Source: Antedon mediterranea (taxonomy: Eukaryota; Animalia; Echinodermata). From it: 64,000 bases of DNA. The position numbers were made by a program, and so were the translations under genes. The DNA lies in contig NC_092677.1 of NCBI RefSeq assembly GCF_964355755.1, forward strand, positions 3,122,101 through 3,186,100. Reading direction: 5' to 3'. Numbering within the stretch: the first letter of the stretch is position 1; each line of letters begins with the position of its first letter. The notes beneath the pieces were generated by a model. That model searched no databases. It was not told where the DNA came from and worked only from the letters and a program-made list of their open reading frames with translations. Of the stretch, positions 1-25,800 are shown piece by piece.

Positions 1-2129
1 TGATTAAAACTAAATTTATAATGTAATTAAAAAAATTCTTATCCATTAAATTTCCAGGAAAAAAGACAAATGTACCGTTAGCCTAGTGTTAAAATCGTCA
101 CTGGAATAGCAGTCAAAATGGGATTTCACAACTCATAATTACATAGAATCTACAATGAAAATCATTATACTGAGTGACATACAGTAATATAGATTTGAAG
201 TTATCCGTCCAATAGAGGTCGCATCTAACCATATACCGGTATAATATACCAATACAGGTAAAAGTGTAAAGCGCTCATCAAATTAACGTTATTGACGGAG
301 GCATGGTGACGGAATTCTCGCCGATGTCTCATACCTGATCGAGTCTTTCACATTAAGTGTTTCTTGTGTATCAACACGGCCATTGTGCAGTCATGCATGA
401 ATGACATTAGTGACATTACGTACACTAGGTCTGAATAAATGGACTTCTTTTAAATGGTTGACGTTTGTCGTCATATTCATACACACTATTTCTCATTAAA
501 CTATTCTTAAATGTAACATTTTATCTGTGTTATAGACAAATCTATAAAAAGACCGACCAATAAAGAAAAACAAAATTAAGTTACAGACTGATGGTTTTCC
601 GAAAGCGTATCAAAGATATCTAAAAGTAATAAAAAGAGCATTTAAAAGTTAAAACACGACAGTGTTCTACTCACGACGAGATATTTTTTGCGTCGACCAA
701 CAGCTTTCAAGATGTAACGATATTGATTGCTTACTGACGGCCATAAATATTTAACAATCTCATGAAGAATTGATCTTTTAGTGTTTGCGATTTGCCTTTT
801 AATGTAAAACGAGAAGTTATAAGTAAGCATCGCGTTTTTCTTTCGTAAGAGAGTCTACACATTATTTGATTGAGTGTGGTACATTGTGATTGCTCTAACA
901 AACATCCTTAAGTGTTGTAATTAAGTTGTTAGTTTTTAACCTGATGGAGTTTGAGGTCAAATATATTGAGTTTGAGGTTAAATGTTTCATTTATTGATCG
1001 GTTCAATAGGTTTCTGATTGACAGAAATATTTCTTGACATTTTAAAATTTTGTCCTGTATGTTTGCTAAAATGTTTGTTGTTATTTTTTATAGTATTACG
1101 TCAATAAATCATAAAATTTATACAAAACTTCCTAATATGGATTGATTCTTAATGAATTCTCCACATTTGCTGAGTACACAGTAGCTAGCCTTTTGTAAAT
1201 ATTTTTATATATATATTTTTGCAATGATGAAGGTGTTGCCAGAAACCTCTGCAAATTTTCTGCCTGTTTTACTTTATCGTTAGTTGTTTTGCTTATTTTA
1301 TTTTGTATCTCCATTGAGATCCAGCCACTAATACCCACAGACTTGTCATTTTTTTCAGTAATTTTCCTTTTTATTATTATTGATTCAATATAAATCATTC
1401 ACGTTTCGTTTTTTTTAAGGCTTGCCTGACACAATATGTTGTTATCATCTTTTCGGGCTTCTGTCTTCACTCTCTGACTCAATCATTTTTTATTGCTTAG
1501 AATATTATTATTAGAATTATTATTTATCATTTATATGTACAGTTTGTTTGTCGGAGTAAAGTTCTGTATGTGTCTGTTTGTTTTATAACATTTATTTACA
1601 TACATACAAAGTATGTGTAAATATAACCGCTTATTTATTTGTTATTTTCTGTCAATACAGTATATATTGTTGTTGCCTATACATTTGAAATTGTTTGTGA
1701 AATTATATATTATAATACTTTACATAATATATAAATATGCACAATTATACTAAGCATAATATATAAACATATCTGTTATTGTTACCAGAACGAATGAAGG
1801 AAAATTTTGTTTAGCTCCTAGCAGAAATCAAATAACATATGCTGAAATAAATCAGCACGGAATATACCGCTTCTTATTGATTAGTTGCCATGGCAATCCC
1901 ATTAAAGTTCTGTTCTGTATTAAATAATCCAAAACAACAATGCGAGTAGGATCTAACGCTAACGGTAAAGATCCAACGCTAACGGTAAAGAGATACTGCA
2001 GCAGGATTTACTACAATGTACATTTTAGATAAGATTCACCACTTGCTGCATTGCGGTTTTTGAAGGTTTTTAGTTAATGTTAGGCTGTGGTCAGTGTTTC
2101 ACAAACTAGACATGACCTTGGAAGAGGAT

Positions 2130-2460
2130 AAGGCAAAGAAAGAAAAGAGGAGAAAAAGTGGAAATGGGAGAGAGAATAATACAAAATGGAGGAAGGGAAA
2201 GAGGATTGGTAGAGAGAGGAAAAGGAAAAGGTCAGAAGAAAGAGGGAAGGGAGATTAGAAAAAGAAAGGAGGAAGGAAAAGGTTGGAAGAAAGTAGGAAG
2301 GAAAATGTCGGAAGAAAAAGAGGGAAGAAAGAAGGTCAGAAGAAAGAGGGAAGAGAAAAGGTCGGAAGAAGAAAGAGAGAATGGAAAAAGGCAAAAGAGG
2401 AAAGAGAGAAGGTAGAAAGAGGGAAGGGGAAAATGATCAAAAGAAAGATGTAGGGTGAAG
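2130..2460. repeat. Purine-rich (GA) low-complexity tract
   Basis: Almost exclusively A/G on the plus strand. Confidence 0.8.
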
Positions 2461-2742
2461 TTTAGAATTCATAACTTTGCATACGTTGCATTATTATATC
2501 TTATTTTGGGTTACACGTTTACGTTTCAATGAACCTGCTAGGTTGGCTAGTGTTTCTCTGAAAGATTTACAATCAATCATGGAGGTATAACATTTTATTT
2601 ATACCTCCATGAATCAATGTAGTATTACACATAATTTCTCAATTTCATGTTTTTCTACATAAAAAACAAAGACTTAATTGTTTCATTATGGATACAGTAT
2701 ATATATGGTTTTACAATAATTCTTTTGGCATTTATGCAGTAA

Positions 2743-2901
2743 AGCTGATTTTCCACTAGGCGAATTTGTTCGCGCGAATCCAAAGCGCCAGCTTGTACGC
2801 ATGTGTATTCATGTTTACATCTTCCAAATCCTTCTCTACGCATGCGTATTAGCTGACGCCTTCGATTCGCGCGAACAAATTCGCCTAGTGGAAAATTGGC
2901 T
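2743..2901. mobile_element. MITE (PIF/Harbinger-like)
   Basis: ~38-bp terminal inverted repeats agctgattttccactaggcgaatttgttcgcgcgaatc / gattcgcgcgaacaaattcgcctagtggaaaattggct, flanked by TAA/TTA. Confidence 0.75.
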
Positions 2902-4756
2902 TTAAGCAGTTATTCGTTTTCCAAGAAAAACATAGGAAAAAAACAAACCTATCGTTAAGTATGCAGAACGAAGGTTTCACAAAGCCTACGAACATTGATA
3001 TTACAATGTCATCTAGAATTTTAGAAAATCATCTACGAAACCCCAAGAGGGGAGCCCTATGGGAAATTAAGCTGCACTGTTATATTAAGAAGAAATCTCA
3101 GATACTCTAAAAAATTATATTTAATTAATATTAGAATAAACTTAAGCTCAGTCATGCGTGAAATCAAATGTGCTATTCAGATCATATTTAACTTGAAGGG
3201 ACGCAGGGAACATAGCGTTAATTGATCAAACCCGGTTTTGATTTACCATCAAAAGGGAAATTAACTCTTAGACATTTGCAATAAATAAATTTCATATTCT
3301 AGACAGTACTACCATAATTTTTTATAAAGCTATTTAATTTAAATTATGAATAAAAAAACTGTTTGGTGTGTTAATGACATTATGAGACGGAGATAGCAGA
3401 TTCAACATTCTCCTTGCTTTTAAAAAAGTAGAAACAGAGTTAAATTATTTTATATATCATACAGTTTTTTAAATGCTGGATTCAAATCACTATCAATGTT
3501 TTAAGTTTTCAATAAGCAGAGTTCTTGAGCATTACTGACAAGCATTTCATTGTCAAAATTTATCATTTTGTTTTGCAGCTACCGAAACAAATACTGTAAG
3601 ACTACTAGTATAAGGTTTCTGTGCAATTTTCATTTCAGGGATGTGGATCTGACAAATACATTGCATAACTTAAACAAAACCACTGAATTGTAATAATAAA
3701 ATTAATTATTTCAATAATTGTGTAAGATTTATTCTAGACATGTTTGGCCTTCAGCAGGATGAAAACTTAGAAGAAAATTCTTCTAGTCATAACTTTTATA
3801 AGCTCTGTCTACACTATCAGACTAGTTTGACAACAAAAAATATGTGATTTGCCTAAATATGGCAGTGATATGCCCATATATGGTATTGGTAGTTATATGA
3901 CATCATCATGTACATATATGGGCGCATAAGAAAAAGAAAATTCATTGTCATTATAACAAAATTTATATTCACAATATATAATGTGATTAAATTCATATAT
4001 TCACAAGCTTTAATGTAATCGCTTTCACATCAATTGATGTGACAACATTAATTATGATACCGGTTGTAATCAAAGCTAAAACAACATGCATCAAACTAAT
4101 AATTACTCACTGCAGCCAGACAAGGATTGGATTATTAGTTAATATCAATACATCATTCACATAAACATCACAAGGAACGTTATACACCTGACCTAATTTG
4201 CATAAACATTATTTTTACATAAAGGTGTAGTTAGCTTCTTTCCATACTGTAGTGTATGTATATGTAATACAGTAGGCACCTCCCTTAGTTTTCAACAAAT
4301 TGATCATATAAACATCACAAATGGAATAAACCTGACCTAATTTGCATAAACATGATATTTACATAAAGGTGTACGATACGGTACAGTTAGCCATATTACC
4401 ATATGTAATATAATACAGTAGCAGGGCCGTAGCCAGCATGAGGCAGACGAGGCACTCTATTTAAAGCATCTTTGCCTCGTCTGTTTTAACCACTCGCTAT
4501 GGCCTTGAGTAAACACCTTGCAGAATAAATAAGTTCATAAGGAGTACGTTTGAATGCAAGGCCTCTAGCTAAGCATATGCTGTATCGCCAAAACCTAGCG
4601 AGACAGGGCCCCGCGCCACGAGACAGGGGAGAGATCGGAGAGAGATACTGCCGGTCGTCGTCTTAGCGCAAGTGTGCATAACTAATAAAGTGGCTATGTT
4701 GTCTGTATATGATTTTACACTCTAGCGAACACAGGATATTCATCGTCCTCCCCTAA

Positions 4757-4934
4757 AGCGTGGTTCCCACTAGCGACGCAACGCAAGGACGTAACGCAAC
4801 GCAAGTGAATTGACCAATCACAAGCGATGGCTTATTCGCTTGTGATTGCTAACTGTCTATAACTTCGCTTGCCATGGTTAAAACGCTTCTGTTGCATTTA
4901 CGTCCTTGCGTTACGTTCTAGTGGGAACCAAGCT
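4757..4934. mobile_element. MITE family B (tggttcccactag...ctagtgggaacca); further copies at ~13737-13865, ~20150-20294, ~27680-27832
   Basis: Inverted termini and an internal tgaccaatcaca/tgtgattgg inverted motif shared across four dispersed copies. Confidence 0.75.
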
Positions 4935-5333
4935 TAACCGTCGTGTTTCGTAGAGTCCCTAATAACACTTCACATATGCATACAAATGTAGAAGGTACAG
5001 TATGATAGCGTAGACAGAGCTTTATACAGTATTAAATCCATACTGTTGCTAACGACAGAGTAAAACGATAGCTCCTGTCGTTGCCTTGTTGGATTTCACA
5101 ACTGCATGTAGATAAATTTCAGTTTTAGTATTCTCTAGTTAGGAAATCAAAGAATACCAGATGCATGCATCATAATTAATGATCTGATAATAGATGTATC
5201 TAGTTGCTAAGTTACCAAATGCATCATTCAATTCTTTAAGTCGTAATTTAAAATTCAGTAGTTTATATCGTAAACTAAGCATAACAAGTAGGCAAGTGTT
5301 TGTCATGTGTTTATTTAGCTTGTTTCTATTGTA

Positions 5334-5632
5334 ATCAATAGTTATCAATATGTATCAATAGTTATCAATATGTATCATTAGTTATCAATATGTATCAATA
5401 GTTATCAATATGTATCAATAGTTATCAATATTTATCAATAGTTATCAATATGTATCAATAGTTATCAATATGTATCAATAGTTATCAATATGTATCAATA
5501 GTTATCAATATTTATCAATAGTTATCAATATTTATCAATAGTTATCAATATTTATCAATAGTTATTAATATTTATCAATATTTATCAATATTTACCAATA
5601 GTTATCAATATTTATCATAATTATCAATATTA
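5334..5632. repeat. 10/20-bp minisatellite (tatcaatagt / tatcaatatg)
   Basis: Directly visible tandem array abutting the junctophilin donor site at 5638. Confidence 0.9.
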
Positions 5633-5638
5633 TCTTAC

Positions 5639-18294
<12,656 letters not shown>

Positions 18295-19391
18295 GAAAAT
18301 AACAATTCTCTTGGTCTTTTAGGAGAATCGCCAAGATGCGTAAAGTGGATGTAAAAGATGGTACGTTCTTCTTTTATATTTGTACCGTTTTCGCACTCAG
18401 AATTCAAAAGAAACGCCTGATCTTTCTGTTCCTAAAATAATATTTAATAGTAAATACATTAATTGTAACAACTTACGTCCTATTTACTTGTCCTCTTTGC
18501 TTTCGTCTGTGCGTTCATCGATTAGGAAGCTGTGATTGTTGTCTTCCAACCGGGCTTCCAACCCAAGGTCTTTAGATTTTTGTCATCGATCCTCCTCTCT
18601 CGCGGAGTTTGCATGATATAGAGGGCGAAATTCAACATTAAAAGGACTGTCACACATTTACACAATTGCGATACATATTGAAGTTTTAAAATATTTTTTA
18701 AGTATGTAGGTCTATGGGACACTAAAAACAGGACAATATTAGGTTTTTGTTTGCTCCGTCTAATATCTGTTCTTATTCTGTATAACTATTAAAACAAAAA
18801 AATATATTGATGTTTGTATAGATCCAGAATAGGGGCCCGGATCATTTACAACCATGGTTCGCAAAAAGTTAGTTAGTTATCGGACGCAGTATGAAAAATA
18901 GGTTTTATTGGAAAACGCAAATTTTATAATAATTCATTTGTCAAAATGTATATTGTTAAATAAGGTAAAAATCGAAGAGACGCGGGAGTGGTCTAGTGGT
19001 TAAAAAAAATAATATAGTATAGCTTAGTAACTAATTTTATAGCTCCATGATATTACAAACTTTAGGTACAAAAAGTGTATACTATAAGTATCAAAACTAT
19101 TTTTATGTATGTCTGTATCTTTATAATCTATTTTTGTTTTTATTTCTGTAAAATGTCAATGTATCTCTGAAAAACATTTATAAAAAGCGCTAAAAAATAA
19201 AAATGAAAAATATAAAGATGATTTCGAGAAAAAAAACACGTACAAACTTAAAATCGCCCCCATCGGTCGACTTATGAAGTGTCCCGGATGATTAGTTTTT
19301 ACAGCAATGGCGACCCACTGGTGAAAATTACGATCGACTGATAAACAGATAAGTAACACTAAATCAAAGGTTTTAAAGAAATTATAGCACT
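18295..19391. promoter_or_regulatory. Probable bidirectional promoter / 5'UTR region between the junctophilin and ZCCHC14 start codons
   Basis: Two divergent ATGs ~1.1 kb apart, with locally more CpG than the surrounding introns. TSS positions not determined. Confidence 0.55.
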
Positions 19392-19880
19392 ATGGTGTGC
19401 AAAAGGGATGTATTGTCGTGGTTTAAGGAACTTAATATCTTCAAAAGACTTGACTTTGTGTGTGCTTTGATGGATTGTTGTAACCCCATTGAGTTGCGTT
19501 TTCTAGGGACGTACGTAGAAGACCTCTGCCGCAGGGACTACGATCGGCTGAGGGAATTCCAGATAAATGCAAGCAACGTTCAGTATTTGTCTAAACTTAC
19601 GGACGTAAATGACATTAGAACTCTTGATAAAATGCTTACTAGTTTAGCATTAATGGACTCCACATTTAAGGAGGGAGCTGAGGTGATATTTGATATATTA
19701 AAACAGCATACGGACTCGATTTTATATTCCTATCAAACATCGGTGTCTATCGAGCGAGTTATGTTGTTGGCAGTTATGGCTGTAAATCACCCAGCCTTTG
19801 AATTCAGCCAAAAACAAGAATTGAGGACTCAACTATCTGTCCTACTCAAGGCAGTAGAAGTGAATTCACCATGCAACCAG
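19392..19880 (+). CDS. ZCCHC14: ZCCHC14 coding exon 1 (conserved ZCCHC2/14 N-terminal domain)
   Basis: ATG at 19392; WF...RLDFVCALMDCCNPIELRFLG motif; donor CAG|gtcagt. Confidence 0.9.
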
Positions 19881-22800
19881 GTCAGTCCTAACATTATTAA
19901 TATTATTATTTTAATACTACACTAGGGCCTACTAAAGATATATATTGTCTTTTCTCAATCAATGTAATGACATAAATAAATTAAAAATTTAAACGAATAA
20001 AAAGTTTTACTTCTTCTAATAATGGAAGCGTTATCCATCTTTTTTATGCTCTTTATAATATGACCTACAAACCAAAATTCTTTACTTGAATATTTATTAA
20101 TTTAAGGTGAAAATATTTTTAATGAACAAACTCTTTTTATTCCACCACTAGATAGAGACGCCACACAAGGACTGCAACGTAAGTGATTTGACCAATCACA
20201 AATGATGGATGACTCGAACAGTCGCTTATCATTGGTCAACTCACTTGTATTGCGTCTACGTTCTTGCTTTGCGTTTCTAGTTGGAACCAAGCTTAAATAA
20301 AATCAAACTGTATCTGTATTCAGGGACAGATCCGAAAAGGGCACGCATGCTCCTTTTTAACTTGATAGTAATAGTTTGTTTTTAACGTTTCAAGAAATCC
20401 TGGATCTGCCTCTCTGGTAGTCTTTCATATTTTGGTTTTGGACAAAATTTCAAGGTTGTCCCTTGTTGTATCTTGCAGCATCTTATGTCATTCAGTACAA
20501 AACTTATCTCTAAATGTTATGCGCTCTAAGAAACGCACAATATAATTAGTTAGCTCTAGCCACACCAAGCTACAAACTGAGTTATACTGTAGTTTGTATA
20601 GTAATTACCTATGGATTGGTAAGGTAATTAGTAAGGTAATTAGTATTTATATAATAATTAGTAAAATGATTACTACTGTAAAATTATCAGTACTATACTA
20701 TACATTAAAAAAATGGACATTTTATTGAATGGAATATTAATGAATTATGAAGGCGTATATAGTAAAATAAAACTGAAAATCATAACAAATAAACATGAAA
20801 TTATGCTAAAATTGGAATTAACGATAATTAGGTCTTGGGCATATCACATTTTTTTGTCATATAAAGTTTGATCTATGTAGACAGAGCTTTACTTAAAATT
20901 AAGTTTGAATATTTCTTAAATTAAAATGTTCCCAGGCATTAACAATATTAATTAACTGTCTACTGTATGTTCAGTACCTAAAATATAAAGGGAATTTAGA
21001 AAATATAATGTTAAACAATGTTATTGGTTATGTTTTTTCAACTATTTTTATTTCTAATACTTGTATTTGTATAGTATTAGTACTCTCCTCTTGTGCTTCA
21101 TAAATTGGATAATTTAAATAACACATATGCAATGCAAATGGCAGGTTCATCAAAATGTTAACAGTAAAACACAATAATCTTGGGAATTCCCAATTCTAAC
21201 TAATGATATAATATACTAATAATATTATGAAAGGATGTATGTGATTGGATAGCCAACATCATTTGTGACCAATCATTTTAGCTCTTAAATATATATGGTG
21301 AAGATCAATCAATCATTTGTAAAAGATCAATAAAATGTCATAGGTCATATCAATATGTAACCAATGTCAAAGGTCATATCAATATGTAACCAATGTCAAA
21401 GGTAATATTTGTTTGTTTGAGGATGGCTACAAAATCATCAGTATGTAATATTTAAAATATTTACAATTTTATTTTTTTAACATTCCTACTTTATTCATTG
21501 CAAAATAAGGGTACAGTAAATTTGTTAAGAAGGGGATGTCTCCAAATAAAGTCTTGGTAATCATTCCTTAATAAATTAAAAATGGCTGTCCATTTTGATT
21601 TAGTAGTTGATACTGTAAGTGTAAGCATATGATTTTCCAATAGATTTGTTTAATTTATTTTTTTTCAGAGCGATAACACAACAGTAGGTGAAGCAGTTGA
21701 AGAAATAGATTGTAACGAAGATTTGTCGGGACAAGCCAGTATAGATCGTGTCCGTTCCAACAAAGGTATGATATTGTGTTTATTTGCGATAAATAATGTA
21801 GAAACTATGCATTCACATGTCATTAAGATAACGTTCACACTGGGTAAACATACTGTAACAGTCTTGAATCATTCAATTATATAGTATCCGTTCACACTGT
21901 CAACACCTTGTTCACACTGTGAACACATCTGTCTCGGGTTATTCAGATAGCATGCATTCACACTGAAAACATACCTGTCCCATGTCAGTTGGATACTGTA
22001 ATATGCAGTCACACCGTGAACACAATACCTGTATCATATCAGGCAGTATAGATATAGCATGCATTAACACTGACCACATGCAGTACCAGGTCATTCAGAT
22101 AATATGCAGTCACACTGTGAACACAATACCTGTATCATATCAGGCAATATAGATATAGCATGAATTAACACTGACCACATGCAGTACCAGGTCATTCAGA
22201 TAATATGCAGTCACACTGTGAACACAATACCTGTATCATATCAGGCAATATAGATATAGCATGAATTAACACTGACCACATGCAGTACCAGGTCATTCAG
22301 ATAATATGCATTCACACTAAACAAACAGTAACTGTCTCGGGTCTTCTAAGATAACATGCATTCACACTGAACACAATAACTTAAAATACAGTAACTTTGA
22401 TTCTTTATATCAATATACAATTTTATCGTACAAAGGGAATTGTGACTATGAGGCATTTCATAAACAATTGTTTACTGTTGGTATAGTAATGTTAACAATA
22501 TGAGGCATACTATAGCTAATGGATATAAACCCATTTTTATTTTAGTATAGTCATCATGTCAGCAATTTAACATTGTTATATAATAATGGTGAATGGAGGA
22601 GTACTGTACAGGTACCTTTGTCAAAATTCATTATACAGTTAGTCATCTTTAATGAAAATGTATTTTATAAATAAAACTGTCTGTCACTGCTATGACTTTG
22701 TATTTAATTCTATTCAGACTCACTTCTTCCAGTAAGTATTTGGGTGTTCCAAAAAACAAAGACCTTGACTGAGATTAGAGACCTACTGTACGGTAACCCC

Positions 22801-25800
22801 CCTTACAACTTCTCAATTTACATTACATAACGTATATTAGTAGGTTTTGTTGGGGTCTCTGTCTTTGGTATTACATGTAGTTCTTCTCACAAAGATTGAT
22901 TAATATTCAGATATATTAATTCAGATAACATTTATTCAGATAATAATGAATGGACATACAGTATACAAAATAGAAAAAAGATATTAAAGTGAACATAGAT
23001 AATACAATAATTATTATCATGGATCCCTTCTAGAAGTTAAAAACTTGTCTCGCAGGGATTCACAACAAAACACAATATAGTCAGTGAAATATTATAATTA
23101 CTTAACTACTTTAATTCTTGACCTAAAAGATAAACAGTTGATCAGAAAATGTATAAAATAATTTAATACAGTGGATGTTATGTTTCATAGCTTTGACGCC
23201 GTCCTTGGGGAATAATATTTGATTTCAAAATTTATAGTAAACACAATAGTACAAAGTTGAGAAAGTTCCCAGGCGTGAGATGCAGACAAAACACAGACAT
23301 GATTGGTTGTAATATAGTTGGATGGCTGGATTAATATGATTGTTAGCGACAGGAAAAAGGAAGGAAACAGGAATTACAATTAGTGGAATGTTCCACTTCT
23401 GTTTGAATATACCACCTTGTAATTGTATTAAGCTCTGTCTACACTATCAAACTTTGTGACAACAAATGTGATGTGCCTTTATATGGAAATGATGATGTCA
23501 TATAATTACCATGATGATGTCATATCATTACCATATTTGGGTATATCACTACCATATTTGGGTATATCACTACCATATTTGGGCACATCACAAGTCACTA
23601 TTTTTATTAGTGTACACAGAGCTTTAGGTCAGGTGGTGTGACTAAAAACATTGTGACAAAACAATTGTGATGTGCCTATATATGGACATGACGATGTCAT
23701 ATCAGTACCATATTTGAGCATATCACTACCATATTTGGGCACATCACACTTTTTTTGTTAGCGTACTGTACACAGAGAAGAAAATTGGTAGCTACTCTAG
23801 CTGTGATTGCCTTAATAATATATATATGATATTCCTTTCTAAATTATATTCAGTATTCTTTAATTGGTTTCCAATTCAAGAAATGTACAGTAAGGACGTC
23901 CGTGCAATTGCGGTTCACATACGCCATGCCCTTACGCTGCGTCCATAACAAACCTGAAGTGACTCTTGTCGAATTAAAGCGTTCGTTCTGGTACTAACTG
24001 TAGTGTAGTATTATTTATATTCTGTCTTTATAAAGACACTTGCAGTGCCAAAGCATCACTAAAGCATTTATTTCCAAAGTGGTTCAGTTTAGTTAGTTGA
24101 TGATAACAAAATTATAAAATAATTTACACGTGTACTGTACATGAAAATATGCCATAGGCAGTACTGTACTATAGTATCCAAGATAAATAAATAAAAAATG
24201 TTAAGATATTTAATTCATAATGTCACAATTATTTTAATATGAAGTTGTTGTCCTTTTTAAAACTGATCCAAGAATAAATCAATTAAATTCTTTATACTGT
24301 ACATAGATTTTATATGTATAAATAGTAATAATAATAATAGTAAAAGCTTTATTTTAAAACGGTGGCTTCTTCGCAACAAAATGTGTTCTTCCACGAGGCC
24401 GTATGAAAAAAATAAAACTACAATATCACAATTATCAAACTGATGAACAAACACGAAAATTATACATTGAAAAAGAAAAAAAAATATAAAAGATTTATAT
24501 TAATGAATTAGTACATTGTTTTACGTTTACTTATGTTTGACCTGTTTCAGTCCTCCATTGCCATAATACTATTTACATTGCAGTGTGAAATGCAGCCATA
24601 CGTTTATTGTACACACAAAGTCCCATAAGGTACAGTCAAAGTAGCAATAGATTTTGATAGTTATCCCACCATTTTGAGCCAAGTTGACAGGTCATAATCA
24701 ATGTACATACAGTTTATGGGTGAAGTATCAAATATTTGCATAGACCACCATTGTGCTTTACAGTATCAGTACTGTAGGCCTACCGTTCTGTATTTGATAT
24801 ATCACCTACAGTATTGTATAATTGTATGGCATTAATTTCAACTTTCCAGAATCGGGACATCTTGGGCTACACCATTAAGAAGAAATCTTAAAGCCCCATT
24901 CCCTACGTTTTTTAGATCTAATTTAAGATCACAAACTATATTTAATGTAAAAATAATACTATATGGTCCTATTGCGATAACTTTTTTCGTCTTTAAACGG
25001 TTAAAAATGTGAAAAATAAATCGATTTTAATAATTATAGCGGCCCGCTATAAATCCCAAAATGCATTGCGCGCGGATTGATATTGTTGTTTTTCACCTGT
25101 AATTCGCCCACTTTTCGATCGATCGTGAAGCCAAAACAAATGGAAGACTCCTAACTTTTCAGCGAAAATACCGGGTTTTCCCCAATTTGTATCAACGGAG
25201 TCTGGCAAAAATAGAAAGACAATTAATGTAGCAACTATACAACGTCAGGCTAGGTATATAGCTAGCGTACGATGTTCGTACGTTACCGATGTTTACCAGC
25301 TAGGCCTACAAAACTAAGCCTAGCTAGGCTAGGCCTGAGACCGTCCACGAGAGGTCGATCGCCGCGAGCTACTTAGGTAGTGCATTGTTTCTCACTTTTT
25401 ATCATAATTTACCATAAAACGTACATTTAAGACAAGGAATGACATGGTTTAGTGTTTTTAAAGTGATATATATGTATTATTTTCCAAAAAACGTCCAAAA
25501 TTGCAGGGAAGGGGTCTTTAATATGGAATGATTTTGGTATCTTTTTTGACCAAAATTCTGGTTTTTTGGAGAAATATCTGGATGATATCAAGGAAGAAAA
25601 TACAATTTTGTTAGTTCATAGTTTAATTTATCATTGCACAGTAAAAAAATACAATTGGTACTGTATAGTGTAAATAAACATTTTTTTTAAATATGATGAA
25701 TAAATTAATAATAATTATAGCACATAATACAATTTTACTAGCACTTTACACACAAAAGTGATCCGGATTGTTCCCAAATTCCCTGTTCCAATTGTGCGCA

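Noticed and set aside
2080-2415. ORFs 2158..2415 (+) and 2080..2394 (-)
   Set aside because: Artefacts of a GA-rich low-complexity tract.
1-5638. Remaining junctophilin exons (alanine-rich helix, C-terminal TM)
   Set aside because: No phase-compatible exon with the expected peptide could be recognised; likely outside the window.
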